In this document: piece by piece, positions 41,412 to 54,200 of the stretch
Layout: every line of letters begins with the position of its first letter
How positions within the stretch are numbered: position 1 is the stretch's first letter
Assembly: GCA_038496445.1 (NCBI GenBank)
Contig: JALMLS010000523.1
Span: 1 to 64,000, forward strand
Origin: Trichosphaerium sp. ATCC 40318
Taxonomy: Eukaryota > Protista > Tubulinea
Length of the DNA: 64,000 nt
Reading direction: 5' to 3'
Translations under genes and position numbers: made by a program
The notes under the pieces: generated by a model
Databases searched by the model: none
What the model saw: only the letters and a program-made list of their open reading frames with translations
What the model was told of the DNA's origin: nothing

Positions 41412-44400
41412 TTAGAAGATACATGCAAATAGACTCAATGTTCCCAAAAATACTATTACTGCAACTTGTGATGCACCAGGGTACTGCGGAAAAGCAGAAG
41501 ATGTGCTATTAAATTCTGAAGGTTCAAGTGTTGTTACTGGAAGTGCAGTTGGTGCAGTAGGCATCATAGGAGAAACAGGTTGTTGAGGAGCTGTAGATGT
41601 TGGTGATGATGTCGTTGGGGTAGCTGACTGAGGTGATGGCGTAGTTGGGACAGCTGATTGAGGTGTTGCAGTTGTTGGCACTTCTGTCGGGGAAGTTGAA
41701 GTTGGAATTGCTGTCGGAGAATCTGTTGTTGGAGGCGGTATACCACATACATGGCTGAAAGGAGTCATTCCAGCTACAGGTTATTTAGATAAGCTTTATA
41801 GTAAACAAAACTAAACATACTTGAACTAAACAACCATCCACTAGGGTCAAATGAATAACCAGATCCAGTGTATACTGATGAAGTTCTGTTAACTACAAAA
41901 TCAGTGATATTTGGTGTTGTGTTGATGTATCCGAATACATCAATGAAATCTTCAAGTGGAACTGAAGTTGCACATTTTGAAACCGCTAGCACAACAGCAA
42001 AGTTGTAGCTCCTACTAATATCTAATATATCAGTTGTTACATTTGGCTCCTGCGATGATAAAGGGTCCCAAGTGTCTGCAACCACATAATTTTCCCCTGG
42101 ATTTAGTGTTCCTGACATTCTGAACTTTTCTTGGAATGTCGTTGGTGAAGCTAAAAAAACACAGTTGGCTTTGTAAAAGTAAAACAAGATGTGTACTCTC
42201 AGACAAGGAAATAATACTGTATTCACTTAAATCGATAGCTGAAGATCCACAGTTCGTCAGCTCAATATAATGTGGGTATCTGCGGCTAATTTCCGAAATA
42301 ATAAGCCCTTCCGCATCTAAGAAGAGTTTGTTAATCAGCACTTTGAAGTACTAAAGTCTACTACCTTCTACAAGGTTTCCTGAGCGTGTTGGAGCGTCTG
42401 TAGTAGGTGGAGCAGTAAGGGGCGGTAGTGGCTGGGCAGCAGGTTTCACTACAAATAAGTCAAATTCGGAAAAAGAATAACGGTTAGGCGCACAAACTTC
42501 ATCACATGATCCCCCTATAGAACGACCAGTAACGTATATGTTACTGATTGCTGTCCACGCTTCAGCCGCAAGTTGGAAAGATAATCTAATTGTCAATAGG
42601 TCCCCATTATCAGATGGAATATCAACATCAAATCTAGTCGCATGTGGCATCAAAGTTGTAAATGGTGAAAGTGAAGTACTATCCGGTTCTCCATCAAAGT
42701 CAGCGTCAAGACCCAAAAAGTTATTTGTTGTAGGCCCTGCAACGAATTGAAGTACAGTTGTAAAGTAACCTGCTCGCTTCACTGACCCAGAGCGGCTGTA
42801 TTCAATTTTAACAAAGTCACCGGTTGCATAGTGTCCGGCACCAGAACAATTTAGTTCTCGGCCTGCTGCAATATCAAGACTTAGACTAACACCAAATACT
42901 CCTGTACGAGCACGTGAATCGCTTAAATCTATATCCCTCCATTCTAAAGTACAATTAAGATGAACAATGCAGATTCCGGTTTTAATGCGTACCTATAGTT
43001 GGGTGATTGACAGCACTTTCGTTATCATCATAATCAGTATCCTCTCCAATAAGAAACTTGTTTGTGAATCCTGTCACTGATCTTATTTGTGTTGGAGGGT
43101 TAAAACCGTTCCAAAAGCCAGCGATTGGACCAGCATTTGCATCAGAAATACCAAAATAGTCATCGGAGTCTTCAGTTCCTTCTGAAGCGAATATCTGACC
43201 CAAAACAACAGTAAAAGAAGTATCATTCTTTTCAAAAGCCTCGACTAGAGGACAACGATCTACAACTGGAGGGTACTCTATAAAAACAACAAAGATAAGA
43301 ACTTGTAAAATACAAACAGTCATTACCGCAGACAACTGAAAAAGACTGAGAACATTGGCTAAACACCCAATAAGGTCCATCAATAGTAAGACATTCATCC
43401 GAGCTTCCGGGAGCTATTTATTTCTTGGTCAGTAAATTGTTTCTAACTTGCAACGTACTTGTCATAGGCAAGAAATTGACATAATCCACTGTAGAACCAT
43501 CACCCCATTCATAAGTTCCCATTACCAGCCTTAAATTTATCCACGCTTGTGTACCGTTCAAGAAATTCTCCAAAAAGCTAATACATAAAAGGAGTCATTG
43601 ATTGCAGAAACAGAAGGTAAATAGTGCTTACTCTTGAACTTGTTGGTTCAGTAGCACAGGTGGATTTCCACCTATACTCTCACAAACATCTACAGCAGCT
43701 AAACAAAAAGTCAGAACAATGGCTGTGTGAAACACTATGCGTACATGCTTGGGTAGTCTGGAAATCTAGTAAGACATACTTTGTTCCATTGAATGTAGCT
43801 TCAGATACTGTTTGATATCGTTTTTCTACAAACAACCATATTAAGAAAAAAAAAAGAAAAAAAACCACCAATACCACAAATGAACCCATTACTTTCTTGG
43901 CACTCAGTTACAAACCACTTCTCGTCTGGATTCATAGCAACACATCCCTCGGTTATATTTTCAAGACTAGGCTGTCCTACAGCCCAGTTTGTGTAAACAC
44001 CAATATCTAGAGGCGTTCCATCACTCCATTGAAAATTGTTTGCAACAGAAATGTTGTGCTTTAAGCCAACCCAGGTAGAAGCGGAAAGGAAAGTAAGCCT
44101 ATTACGCAAATACGAATTGATAAAATAACTATCAATGAAAGCTAAGCCATCAAAACGTTCACCCAGACAGGCAAATTGCGCCTATTAAGCCTTAGCAAGA
44201 ACCGACGATTCCTTTTTTTTTTTTTTTTTTTAGACTTGAACTTAGACGGTAATGGCCTTGCACTTACTTGCATAATCAGTCTGTGTTTCAATTTCGATGT
44301 AATCAACGCCGTTTATTCCAAAACTCGTCGCGCCTGTACCTGCATTGACTGCATATGCGTACACTGAATAAATATGCGTGTTAGGTGTTAAACAAAGAAC

Positions 44401-44571
44401 AATAAAGTTGAGTAGGTTTTTCGTTTTGTTTTTGTAAAGGCGACGTAAACCTCGACATCCGCGTAGCGAGCTTGTCCGTGAGCGATTTAAGTCACAATAG
44501 CGAAGTTGAAATGTTTAATTGTTTTGTCCGGCCGTTTACCTGCAATGATATACAAGAGCGTAAAACTTCAT
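41412..44571 (-). CDS. Surface glycoprotein: two C-type lectin domains, lamin-tail-like domain, S/T/P stalk, hydrophobic (GPI-like) tail
   Basis: WVGL..FQWSDG..YTNW..GQP..CV..W..C (CTLD); LIISEI..YIELTNCGSSAIDLS (LTD-like); PTT-rich stalk. Apparent +1 shift in the signal peptide. Confidence 0.75.
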
Positions 44572-45139
44572 TTAACAATAACTTGAAGAGGTGCTTTTGA
44601 GTGATATAATTAGAAATAATGCCACTATCGGCAAAAAAAGGTTAAAAGTTCCGAAAACTACAAAACAAAATGGTGGAAAGTCAAGCAGCCACAACATGAT
44701 AGGGAAGGTAAACAAACTCAAAAACATCAGGATACCACAGAAAACTACAAAACATTAAACTATAGGCCAGAGCTTTGCGGCCACGGACTCTCTTTGCACT
44801 CACACTATTTTCTGTAAGTGTTACCAACTGTTGAACGACACAACCGACAAGAAAAGTTACGCAGTACAGTGTAAAACTACACCTGTTTTCACGTCATTCC
44901 ACTAAACGTTTCCACTTCTGTACTACCTTTAAATACGTTGATCTGGAGTTACGGTTAAGCAGAACGTTGCCAAGGCTGTAAGTTAAAGCTGAAAATAACT
45001 TGCAACAATAAACTACAAGTTTTTCAGCTTTGGAAATATGGAGGTGCGTTCAAGTGTATAAAGGCCTTAAGATGCTGTATAGAAAACTTAAGTACACGAA
45101 ATCCAGAATGCTATTGATTTCAGCTACAACGAGAGTATT

Positions 45140-46493
45140 TTATTTTTTGGCATTTTTTTTCTTCTTCTTTTTTTTTTTGGATGTTGCTTGTTTACTACAC
45201 TTCTTTTTCCAATACTCTCGTGTCAAGCATATCATAGTCTCTTCAATGTTTTCTCTTGTTTTTGCTGAGGTTTCGAAAAAGGGAATGCCATACTTATCAG
45301 CCAATGCTAGTGAAAAAGAATCAAAAAGGAAAGAAGTTGTTACACCAAAGATTTTACCTTTTCCTTCAGCACATGTAACCTCACGTTGATTATCAAGATC
45401 TTTTTTATTGCCAATTAACACTGCTGGTATCTAATAATATTAGGGACACATACATCACTCATGAACACTTAAAATTTAAGTTAATGGTAACTACTGTTGG
45501 ATACTTACTGAGCTAAAATCTTTTTTGTTTTTGCAACGAAGAACAGAAGGAAAAAAATGATTTATGCACTCTCCCAGAGAACAATGTGAATTAATAGCGT
45601 ATCCAATAACAAAACAATCATTACTTCTAATATATTGATCACGCATGACACTGTACTAAAAGAACAGTAAACAGTCAAGCCAAAAAAAACAAAGCAAACT
45701 GATGCTAGAAACAACTCAACTGAGTCCTTTGGCTAAGCAGTTGGTTTGACTACCTAATGTAACTTAAGAAAAAATACCTCTTCTTGTCCTGCTGTATCCA
45801 GCATATAAAAAGTCACAGGCACACCATCTACTTTCCATACTTTGCTATTGGCTGTCAAAATAAAGATCTTGATTAAACAACACACCAGTATGACTAAAAC
45901 AAAAGTAAGGTATTTGAAAACATGCAATACAAAAAGCAGATATTATAAAGGGTGCAGTCTCAACAAACACCAAAAAAAAAAAGTTCATTTGACGTACATC
46001 CTCTATTGTTGGATCATACTCCTCAACCTTAATAAAGTGTTAATCATTAGTAATGGGTTACAATAATTATCAAAAATCACGTGCGAAGTGGTTGTTTGAA
46101 AATTGTATTATGAACGCTGACTTGTTTCCTGTCCCTGTTCAAATGTTATTAGCTAAAAAAGAGCTTGGTTTTCTTATTGTCGTTTACCACCGCTTCCCAA
46201 AAAGCAAACTTTCAAAGTTGATTTCTGAGGAGAATATACTTGCAGCTTCTTGGAGTATTTTTGCATTAGATTAGTGTACAAAGCGTTCTTTTTATTGTAT
46301 TGGATTTAAAGCATACCTTACGCTTTGCAGCAACGTGAGTGAGGTCGTTGAAGTGTTTACTGACAAGCATCGTGGTACTAAGCTGATTTGGTGTACACTG
46401 AGCTAAAATACACACCAACACTTCGTTAGGCATGTTTAGTAATGCAGAATCTGTTTGATACTGCTTGATGGTCTTTTGTTGTTTATTACCCAT
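45140..46493 (-). CDS. F-box-Ras GTPase fusion, copy 2
   Basis: Same exon structure as copy 1; GSGGTGNKS, HFVEEYDPTIEDSY, DTAGQEEY, GNKKD and ETSAK; poly-K end without CAAX. Confidence 0.88.
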
Positions 46494-46701
46494 TACGTTT
46501 CGCCGTTTCACCAAACAGTCGGTACAAAAAAGCAAAGCGTTGATTTTGTATGACTTTGACTATTTACAGACGCTTCCAAACATTATTTTACCAGCGCTTT
46601 TAGGAAACGTCTGTTTAGGCACATAGCCACGACACAATGTTTCATAATGCAAAGTGCTATTGTCCAAATAACTGTAGACTTTGTTCGTCACGTGACGTTG
46701 G

Positions 46702-49516
46702 TTAACATTTTTCATTGTTATTCTCGTAGTTGCTTAGCCATGACTCGATATCCTTCTCAGAAGCATCTGAGAAGCGAGTACAATTACAATAAGTATTATC
46801 GTGGACCTACAATGAAGGAGTAAGGAATCTTTTTTCAAAGGCTACAACGTACAGTGTTATACACTGGAGTACAAGGATGATCATTGAGAAGATTTGGTAA
46901 ATACGGATAATGAACTGAGTAAGGAGGATTCTGGTAATTGACTTCGAACAATGACTCTTGAAGTGTGCCATCTACAGAACATTAGTAAGACTTAGAAAAG
47001 AGAAACAATTAACATACTTTTTTGACTACACATGGCATGTTGCCAACTGAGACCTCTGTCGTCCAAGTGAACTGCAGTATCGCACTGTTCATAATAGTTA
47101 TTGTATACTTTATTACGTCTACCGCCACCAATGAAGGTACCCTATTTTGAACAAACAGAGTCAATACAGGAGAATAAAAGAGTTGTTGTAGGAGGTACAG
47201 TTTGACAATTAATGAACTTATTATCATGTATTTCAAAGCCACTCATCTCATCATCCAAGTATACTGCTTGTACAGATGGATAGCCAAGAACAGTTTTTTC
47301 GTGATTGCGAACATTCTCAAACGTATTAAAGCGAATTATATTTCCTCTTCGTGCCCAATTTCTGCCGCTACAAATAACAGTTAATCGCGAAACAACATAT
47401 ACAATCACTAAAAATGTAGGTTACTAATCATCAAGTGTTAACGTACGTGTAGAATGATCCAGAATCGCTCACCTTAAAAATGTAAGTCTGAAAAATATTT
47501 TTTCTTACTTGTTGTTTACCTCGTAGCACATGTCATGCACATGGTTGTACTCAAAGATATTATCATTTCCTGATCCAAAGATGCCTTTAATAATATTGTT
47601 AAATTCTGGAGAATAACCTTCCAGCGATAGTGTACCAGTGTGAGGTCCAAATGATACTGTGTTGTATCCATAGTAGTTACCAACACCACCGAATCCTAGC
47701 GCAGGTTGGTATGTGCGCTTCCATCTATGAGTACAAAGTAAGATAAGAGTGAATTTAAACCTAACATTTTATCCTTTGTACCTCGCCCATTTAGAAACAG
47801 TAGAATGTGTTAATCTTACATTCCCACGTGCGAGGGTCTTTAGGTCACCTCCTTCAACACTCAAAGCAGAACATCCACAATTAAGAGATGTTATTCCAGT
47901 AACGTTACTATTTGTGCCACTTAGTCTAAGGGAGTTACCATCATTGTTCGACAAGTCTCCACCAATAAATTCGACATTATCAACTGCAAGTACATTTATG
48001 AGCATTGATGAAAGAAAAAAGAAAAACAAGCTTTGTATGTACCGTTTTGGAATTCTATTCCAGTTTTTCTGGCATACTGTATGTTTAGGTTTTTGAATGT
48101 AATATAACTTGCTCCAGTAACAGTCACTGCATTTGGAGACATTGAAACAATTGCTTGACTTGCAGAGAAATCTAAGGCACTTGGAGGCAAGAAATACAAG
48201 ATGCCTGTATCCCTACACAACCTTTAATTTCCTTTCTCCAATATTGTGATATGTACCTGTCTAAGTAATATTCTCCTGGTACGTCAAGGGCTTCAATAAG
48301 ATTGACAGCATAATAACGAGCTGGTTTTTTAAATTCATAAACTGGAGGCGTATTTGGATCAATGTAAAAAGTGCTTGTTGAAGTGTCGATTGACTTCACG
48401 TGTACGTAAGAGTCAGCCCAATCATAAGCCCAGTATCTTCAAGATTGTGTTAGTAGTATCGGGAAATCAAAGAAGGAATGAAAGCGAGAAAATAGACCGT
48501 ACCCATGGAGCCATAAATCTTTCGCTTTTGTCCAAGCCGATGGTTCTGTTCCTGAATATGAAAATGCTGTTGCAGTTGAGACAATATCAGCAATATTCCA
48601 CCAATTTGGGTAACCAGTTGTTTTGTTGATATTAGGGTGACGTGCTATGAACGATAAGAAAAGAAAAAAAAGCGAATGAATTTAAAAAGTAACACGCAAG
48701 AATTCTACCTAAAATCATTGGCTCTCCTTCCCAGTACATATTAAGTTTATCATTCGCACAATCTCCAAGACCTCCAGGAAGCAGGGATCCGTAGTCAGTG
48801 ATACCCATTGATTTAAGGTTCACTTGCATTGGTGACGACTCTATCAATTTGAGTATTTCAACATCCTTTACTGGTTTCCATAAAGACGAAGGAATGCTTC
48901 TACCAGCAGATAACATCACGCTTTCTGATTTATAAGATTGCCATCTACAAATATGTAAGCACGAGAATTAGTGTCAAAGGTGTACGTTATGATAGATTGA
49001 GCAGTTCCACTATCGCTTGAGGTTAACTCGAAAGGACCTTCAACGAATATTTAGAATCCACACAAAAGCAATTCGTTCAACCGACTTTTTATTTTCTCAC
49101 GTGATAAACGTTTCAAGTACCTGCAGATAGATCATAAAGTCCTTCACGAATATTCACTGTCACACCGCCATTAGGTAAACCACTAGGATAGGAACATCAA
49201 AACAACTTAGAAACGCAGGTGAACTTTCTGAATCACAGTAAAAAGGGATCGCACGTGTGAAAAGGGTATCAATGGTATTACGTATGTTGACTCACGTACG
49301 TTGATGATTTTAGGCTTCTAATAGTGTCTCTTGCCTTTTCTAGTGTTTTAAAGGGTTTGTCTATTGTGCCACTGTTGGTGTCGCTCCCATGAGTACCTAG
49401 TAGTTTGTTGTAAGGTGGTATCAAGCGAATAAAGAAATTTTACCATCTACGTAGTACTCAGAAGCTCCTAACACAGCTTGAAAAGCCAGTAGAGCAATAA
49501 TTGCTTGTACGATCAT
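46702..49516 (-). CDS. Secreted right-handed parallel beta-helix protein (bacterial-like carbohydrate-active family)
   Basis: YYVD..GSDTNSGTIDKPFKTLEKARD, IREGLY, LDVPGEYYLD, NDNIFEYN, DSGSFY and AVYLDD motifs. Confidence 0.8.
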
Positions 49517-49946
49517 AAGGTAACGGTTTTTAGGTGCTTGTTGTCGGCCTACAAAGTTTTTTGGTGGTGAGCCAAAATGTCAAAATATAGTCAATGTAAA
49601 AGAAAGTCATTGATGCTTGTCATTGTGACTCTGGGTTTCATTATTTGTTCCTTTTAGTGCATCTCGAATGTGATGATCGCCACAAGGCGAATCTTTCTAG
49701 GCACGTGTTTCTATAGCGTGTTGCTGTGTTTACACTGGCGCATCGATTATTTCATACAAACATGTTAGAACGTTTGAGGACTGTATACATAAAAAATTTT
49801 CTAACTTTATTACGTGTACATGCAGAATTACACTATCACTTGGTGTTTAGTTTGTTGAAATTGTACAGAAATGTGATGTAGCAATGCCTACACGTGTTTT
49901 TGAGGATTGAAAAATTGGCACAAAGTAGTCACTCAACATCATTTAT

Positions 49947-50252
49947 TTACGAGTGCGCCTGATACAATACTTCACGTGGACAACCTCTCCTGCTTACAAG
50001 ATAAACTGTTGAGTTATTTCTCAGGTTACAATCATCAACCACAAAATCATCCATTAGTTGTCTATCACCATAGACTAGATACTGTTCATCTATTGGTTTT
50101 CCTATCTTATCCCTTATTTGTATTTTGATGCTCATTATTGTATTCAAAGGTCTGGTGTTGATTTCTATTCTTTTACCAGTGGCGGTGCTAACAAACAAGT
50201 TTATTTCGTTATCCTGGTGCATATGGTGTTTTTTGATAGTGGCTTTGTCCAT
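49947..50252 (-). CDS. Intronless ubiquitin-like protein lacking the di-Gly end
   Basis: LFVSTATGKRIEI...TIMSIKIQIRDKIGKPIDEQYLVYGDRQL...STVYLVSRRGC. Confidence 0.7.
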   Translation of the reverse strand: MDKATIKKHHMHQDNEINLFVSTATGKRIEINTRPLNTIMSIKIQIRDKIGKPIDEQYLVYGDRQLMDDFVVDDCNLRNNSTVYLVSRRGCPREVLYQAHS

Positions 50253-50514
50253 CTAGTTTATAGCAATGCGTTGTGGCTTAAAAGAGAGCAATAATTGGCA
50301 AATGGTTGTATTCGGTTCATTGAACTCTGTACAGAGTACCTTTTCTTTGTATTTATTTATACATCTTCACTTGCTACACATGAAATTTGCGAATTAAATT
50401 GCGCACTATATTCACTATTAGGTACAATGGTATCTTTATATTCCTAGCACAAGTACGTTCATAAATGAATGCAAACATTAGTTTGTTGGTTCAACAAAAT
50501 AGTTAAATCAGGCA

Positions 50515-51004
50515 CTATTTTCCATCATAGCACCAACCTTTGAAATTACCTTGTAATTCGCCATTCTTATAATTACATTGCACCCACAGTTGTCCATTAT
50601 CATGCCACATTTTATATTCTCCTTCAAATTTATCATCAACATAGTTTATCAACTTGTATAACTGACCATTCTCATACCACTGTTTATACTCACCATTACG
50701 TTTACCATGTTTCCAACACTCTTGATATTTAAGCTTACATGTTAAAGAAGACTTGTAATATGTTTGTTTAAGCCATTTCCCATGTCTTTTTAAGTCAGCA
50801 TCAAACCTTGTGTTTAGTGCTGTTTGCTTGGATAATATTGGCCATTTTGTGTATACTTCAAAGTCTAAGTCAGTGATATCTAGCTGTAGCTCCACAGGAA
50901 GGCTTAATAGAGTATTATCTTCCAACAACTTAATATTAACCTATTTATTAGCTCAGTAGGTGCTGTATTGTATTTAAAACTAAAACCTTGCGTTTAGCCG
51001 CCAT
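50515..51004 (-). CDS. F-box-like + MORN-variant (YwqK-type) repeat protein
   Basis: MAAKRK exon spliced to LLSLPVELQ; repeats GEYKQWYENGQL and GEYKMWHDNGQL. Confidence 0.7.
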
Positions 51005-51241
51005 TTATCAGATTCTATACATCTTTCTAAGAATAAAACACCTTCAGGAAGGTTCAGTTTAATTGATTAAAGTACTACCCTTGTTGACTATCAAGGCTTA
51101 CGAAAGACCGTTCCTTCTTGGTATTTTACAAAACAGCTTTTTGCTGCTAAGACTTGTAAAACACATAGCAACGTTGACAATCAAGGCGTTAGATGCTTTT
51201 TATTATTCTACACGAAAGAAATACACCACAGAGTTAAGTGT

Positions 51242-54200
51242 TTAGTTGTTATACTCACTCTTGTGCATATTACCGAGTCTTTCACGCTCTTGACGCAATT
51301 GTTTCTCGAGTTGTAAGATACGAATCCTTTGTTCCATTTGTTCTCGTTTTGTCCTAGAAATAAAGATTAGTAACCAAAGCCACGTGATTGAGTGCAAGCA
51401 ATCCAAAAAAAAAAAGAAAGAAAAAACTTACTTTGACATTGTGAACGCTTTTCTTTGCTCCTCTTGTTGTTTCTCTTCGAGCCAGTTTCCTGCTTCTCTA
51501 GCAGTATTTACTAATCCTGTTGTTGCCTTAGCTACACCCTTGGCAGCGGAGGCAAGTTTCTTTACTGAAGAAGCGTTTGGATCAATCTAAGGGAAAAAAG
51601 TCAGATTACTTTACAAAATTTTTCGGAGACAAAGGCAATGTAACGTACCCTGTAGTTAGATGATGCTACAAGCTGAGCTGTGGCAGCATTTACTTCCTTT
51701 GCAGTAGCAATAAGTGCTTCTTCTACTACTTCTTTCTAAAACAAAAGTGTGAGGACGGAAAACAAACAACCAACAAAATGAAGAATTTACCTTGATTGCC
51801 AAATCGCAGTTCGATACAAGCATATTAATAGCAGCACCTACGGTCTGGGCCGCTGAGATTAATCCCTTACCCCACTGTGGGTTGTTGTGGTACTTCTTAC
51901 CAGAGAATGACGAAGATTTACGTTCCTGAAGTACAAATCAACAAAAAGTCATTCGAAAAGAAATTTTGTTACTGAGAAGTACTACGTACACCTTGTACAG
52001 CTGTTGCTGCTCTAATAAGTTCACCAGTACAACCAGCTACTAGCCGTGAAGCTTTAAGAATACCCTCATGTAGATCGTGCAAATCAATACCGCCTCCCGC
52101 TTTTGGTTCTGCACGAGGTGGAATCTTGATAGATTGAAGCAACTATCATGAGGTGAGTAAACAACAATACATGAGAGACGATTAAGGGAAATCACGTGTT
52201 TTGTACGTACCTTTGTTGCTTCTGCGATAGCCTTTGAGGTGTTTTGTAATGACAAATCTGCTTTTTGGTGAATAGATAAGGCATCTCCTCCAGTGAAGTC
52301 CACAATTTGGTGATCTGGGAACATATCCTTTAATGTGGATACAACACCTGCTACCATGCCAATAACAGCTATTTGATAAACTCGTTAGAAGATAATAAAC
52401 CACGAAGAAACCACAAAGTTTATTGTACCTTGTCCAGAGTCTTCAATCTTTTTGTTACCCTCTGGTCTTTCGAGCTTGCATTTATCCAAAAATTCCATAC
52501 AAGCTACACCTGTTTTTCTACCTGCACCAAGGAGATGGTTTGAAGCCATCTTATCAGCAGATAGACGAGTTACACCACGACATTGCGCGAGGAGTTGTTT
52601 AATGGCTGTAAAAAAGTTAATGAAAGGTAATGTTTCTAAAGCTTGAAAGAAAAATCACGTGACAGTTATCTCAAAAAATATCAATTAAAAAAACACGTGC
52701 AATCAAAGATATCCTTAGAGCAACCAACAATCTTATCTTCATTACTAGCAATAACCATTTCGTTAACAGAGTCATGTAATGCTTTAGCGGCCTTCATTAC
52801 ATCTTAAAAAGAGTGAGTTAAAACGACCTTTTTAACATATGTAAGGTTCTGCGTACCTTCTGGTCTTGCTGAAGCAGAAGCGGTATTACTGTTAAGTAAG
52901 AACTCAATATCCATGCGAGCGTCTTCTAGATATTTCTAAAGGAGAGAGTTCAGTACGAGAGGCTTGACACGAAAACTAGCCGAAGAACTTCAAACCATCG
53001 GCTATCTTTTTTTTTGGCGTAGGGTGTTAAAGGTACCTCTGTACGGTTAGAGTTCTTAAGAGCAATTTCAGTGGATTCAATAAGTTGTGCAGCTATCTTA
53101 TCAAGTTGTGTATTAGCATCTTTCAGAGTACGACCAGATAAATTATCGGAAGGATCATTAATGTTATCACGCATAGCTTGAAGGATCTATAATAAAAAGT
53201 ATATAAGCATGTGCTATCAAAATAATAAGCGAAATGTGACTATGATACGTACATCAGCGTTAAGGTCAACAAACTGTTTGGTAGCATTTAATACGCTTTG
53301 TTGTGACTCAATATCACCCATTTTACCAGCAGCGTTGATAGCCAAAGGACCAACTTGAGATTGCATAGCCTTTGCTAGACTAGCAGACAATGCTCCAAGC
53401 TTCTCTGGAGTGTTCCTGTAATAAGCGTAAGTACGTGGTTACAAGAAAAAAACAAGAGAGAAAAAAAGAAGCGGGTTCTTACTTAGCAGCAACAAAGTTC
53501 TTTGCGTATTTGACAGTAGCACCAACAGATGAATTCAATTGGCGCATCAAGTCATCTAAGCTCTCAGAACCCTTGTATGGTTCTAATTGACCTGCTTGAG
53601 CGTAAATCGCTGCAGAGTCAAGTTTGCCAACAACGTCTTTTACAACAGTTTGTGCTTGACGGATTTGACGATCTCCAGTAGATCCCTTTGCTGCAGTCTT
53701 TCCGAGACCTGTCATTGATGTAGCAATCTGCCTGATGGCGTTTTGCATTTTATTCTGACTTTGTCTTGAGTTAGGCTGGTTGACCAAGTCTTGAGCAGTG
53801 GTAGCCAAATCTAAGAAAAAAGTAAGAAGAAAAATACGCTTGTGTTTCCTTGCTTCAAAGCCACGTGTTGACGCAGCAAATGAATAAACGACGAGTTTTA
53901 AATAAGGAGATAATAGTTTTAACAATTAAAAGCCAAGAAGCGTTGGTGATAAGAAAAAGTAGAAAGGTACCCAAAACTGCGTTCAAAGAGCTCTTGAGGC
54001 CACTTGTGAATTCTGTTTTAGCGTCTTGCTCCTTTGTAGTTGCAATAGCATCTTGAACAACCTTTACAAATCGAGGAAGCTCATCAGCAAGATTCTTGCA
54101 CTCCATAGCAACTTGACCAATATTCGCTAAAAGGCACAAGTCAATACTTTGAACTTTCAATCGATAACAAACGTACATTTATCAGCAGAGCTGACTTTAT

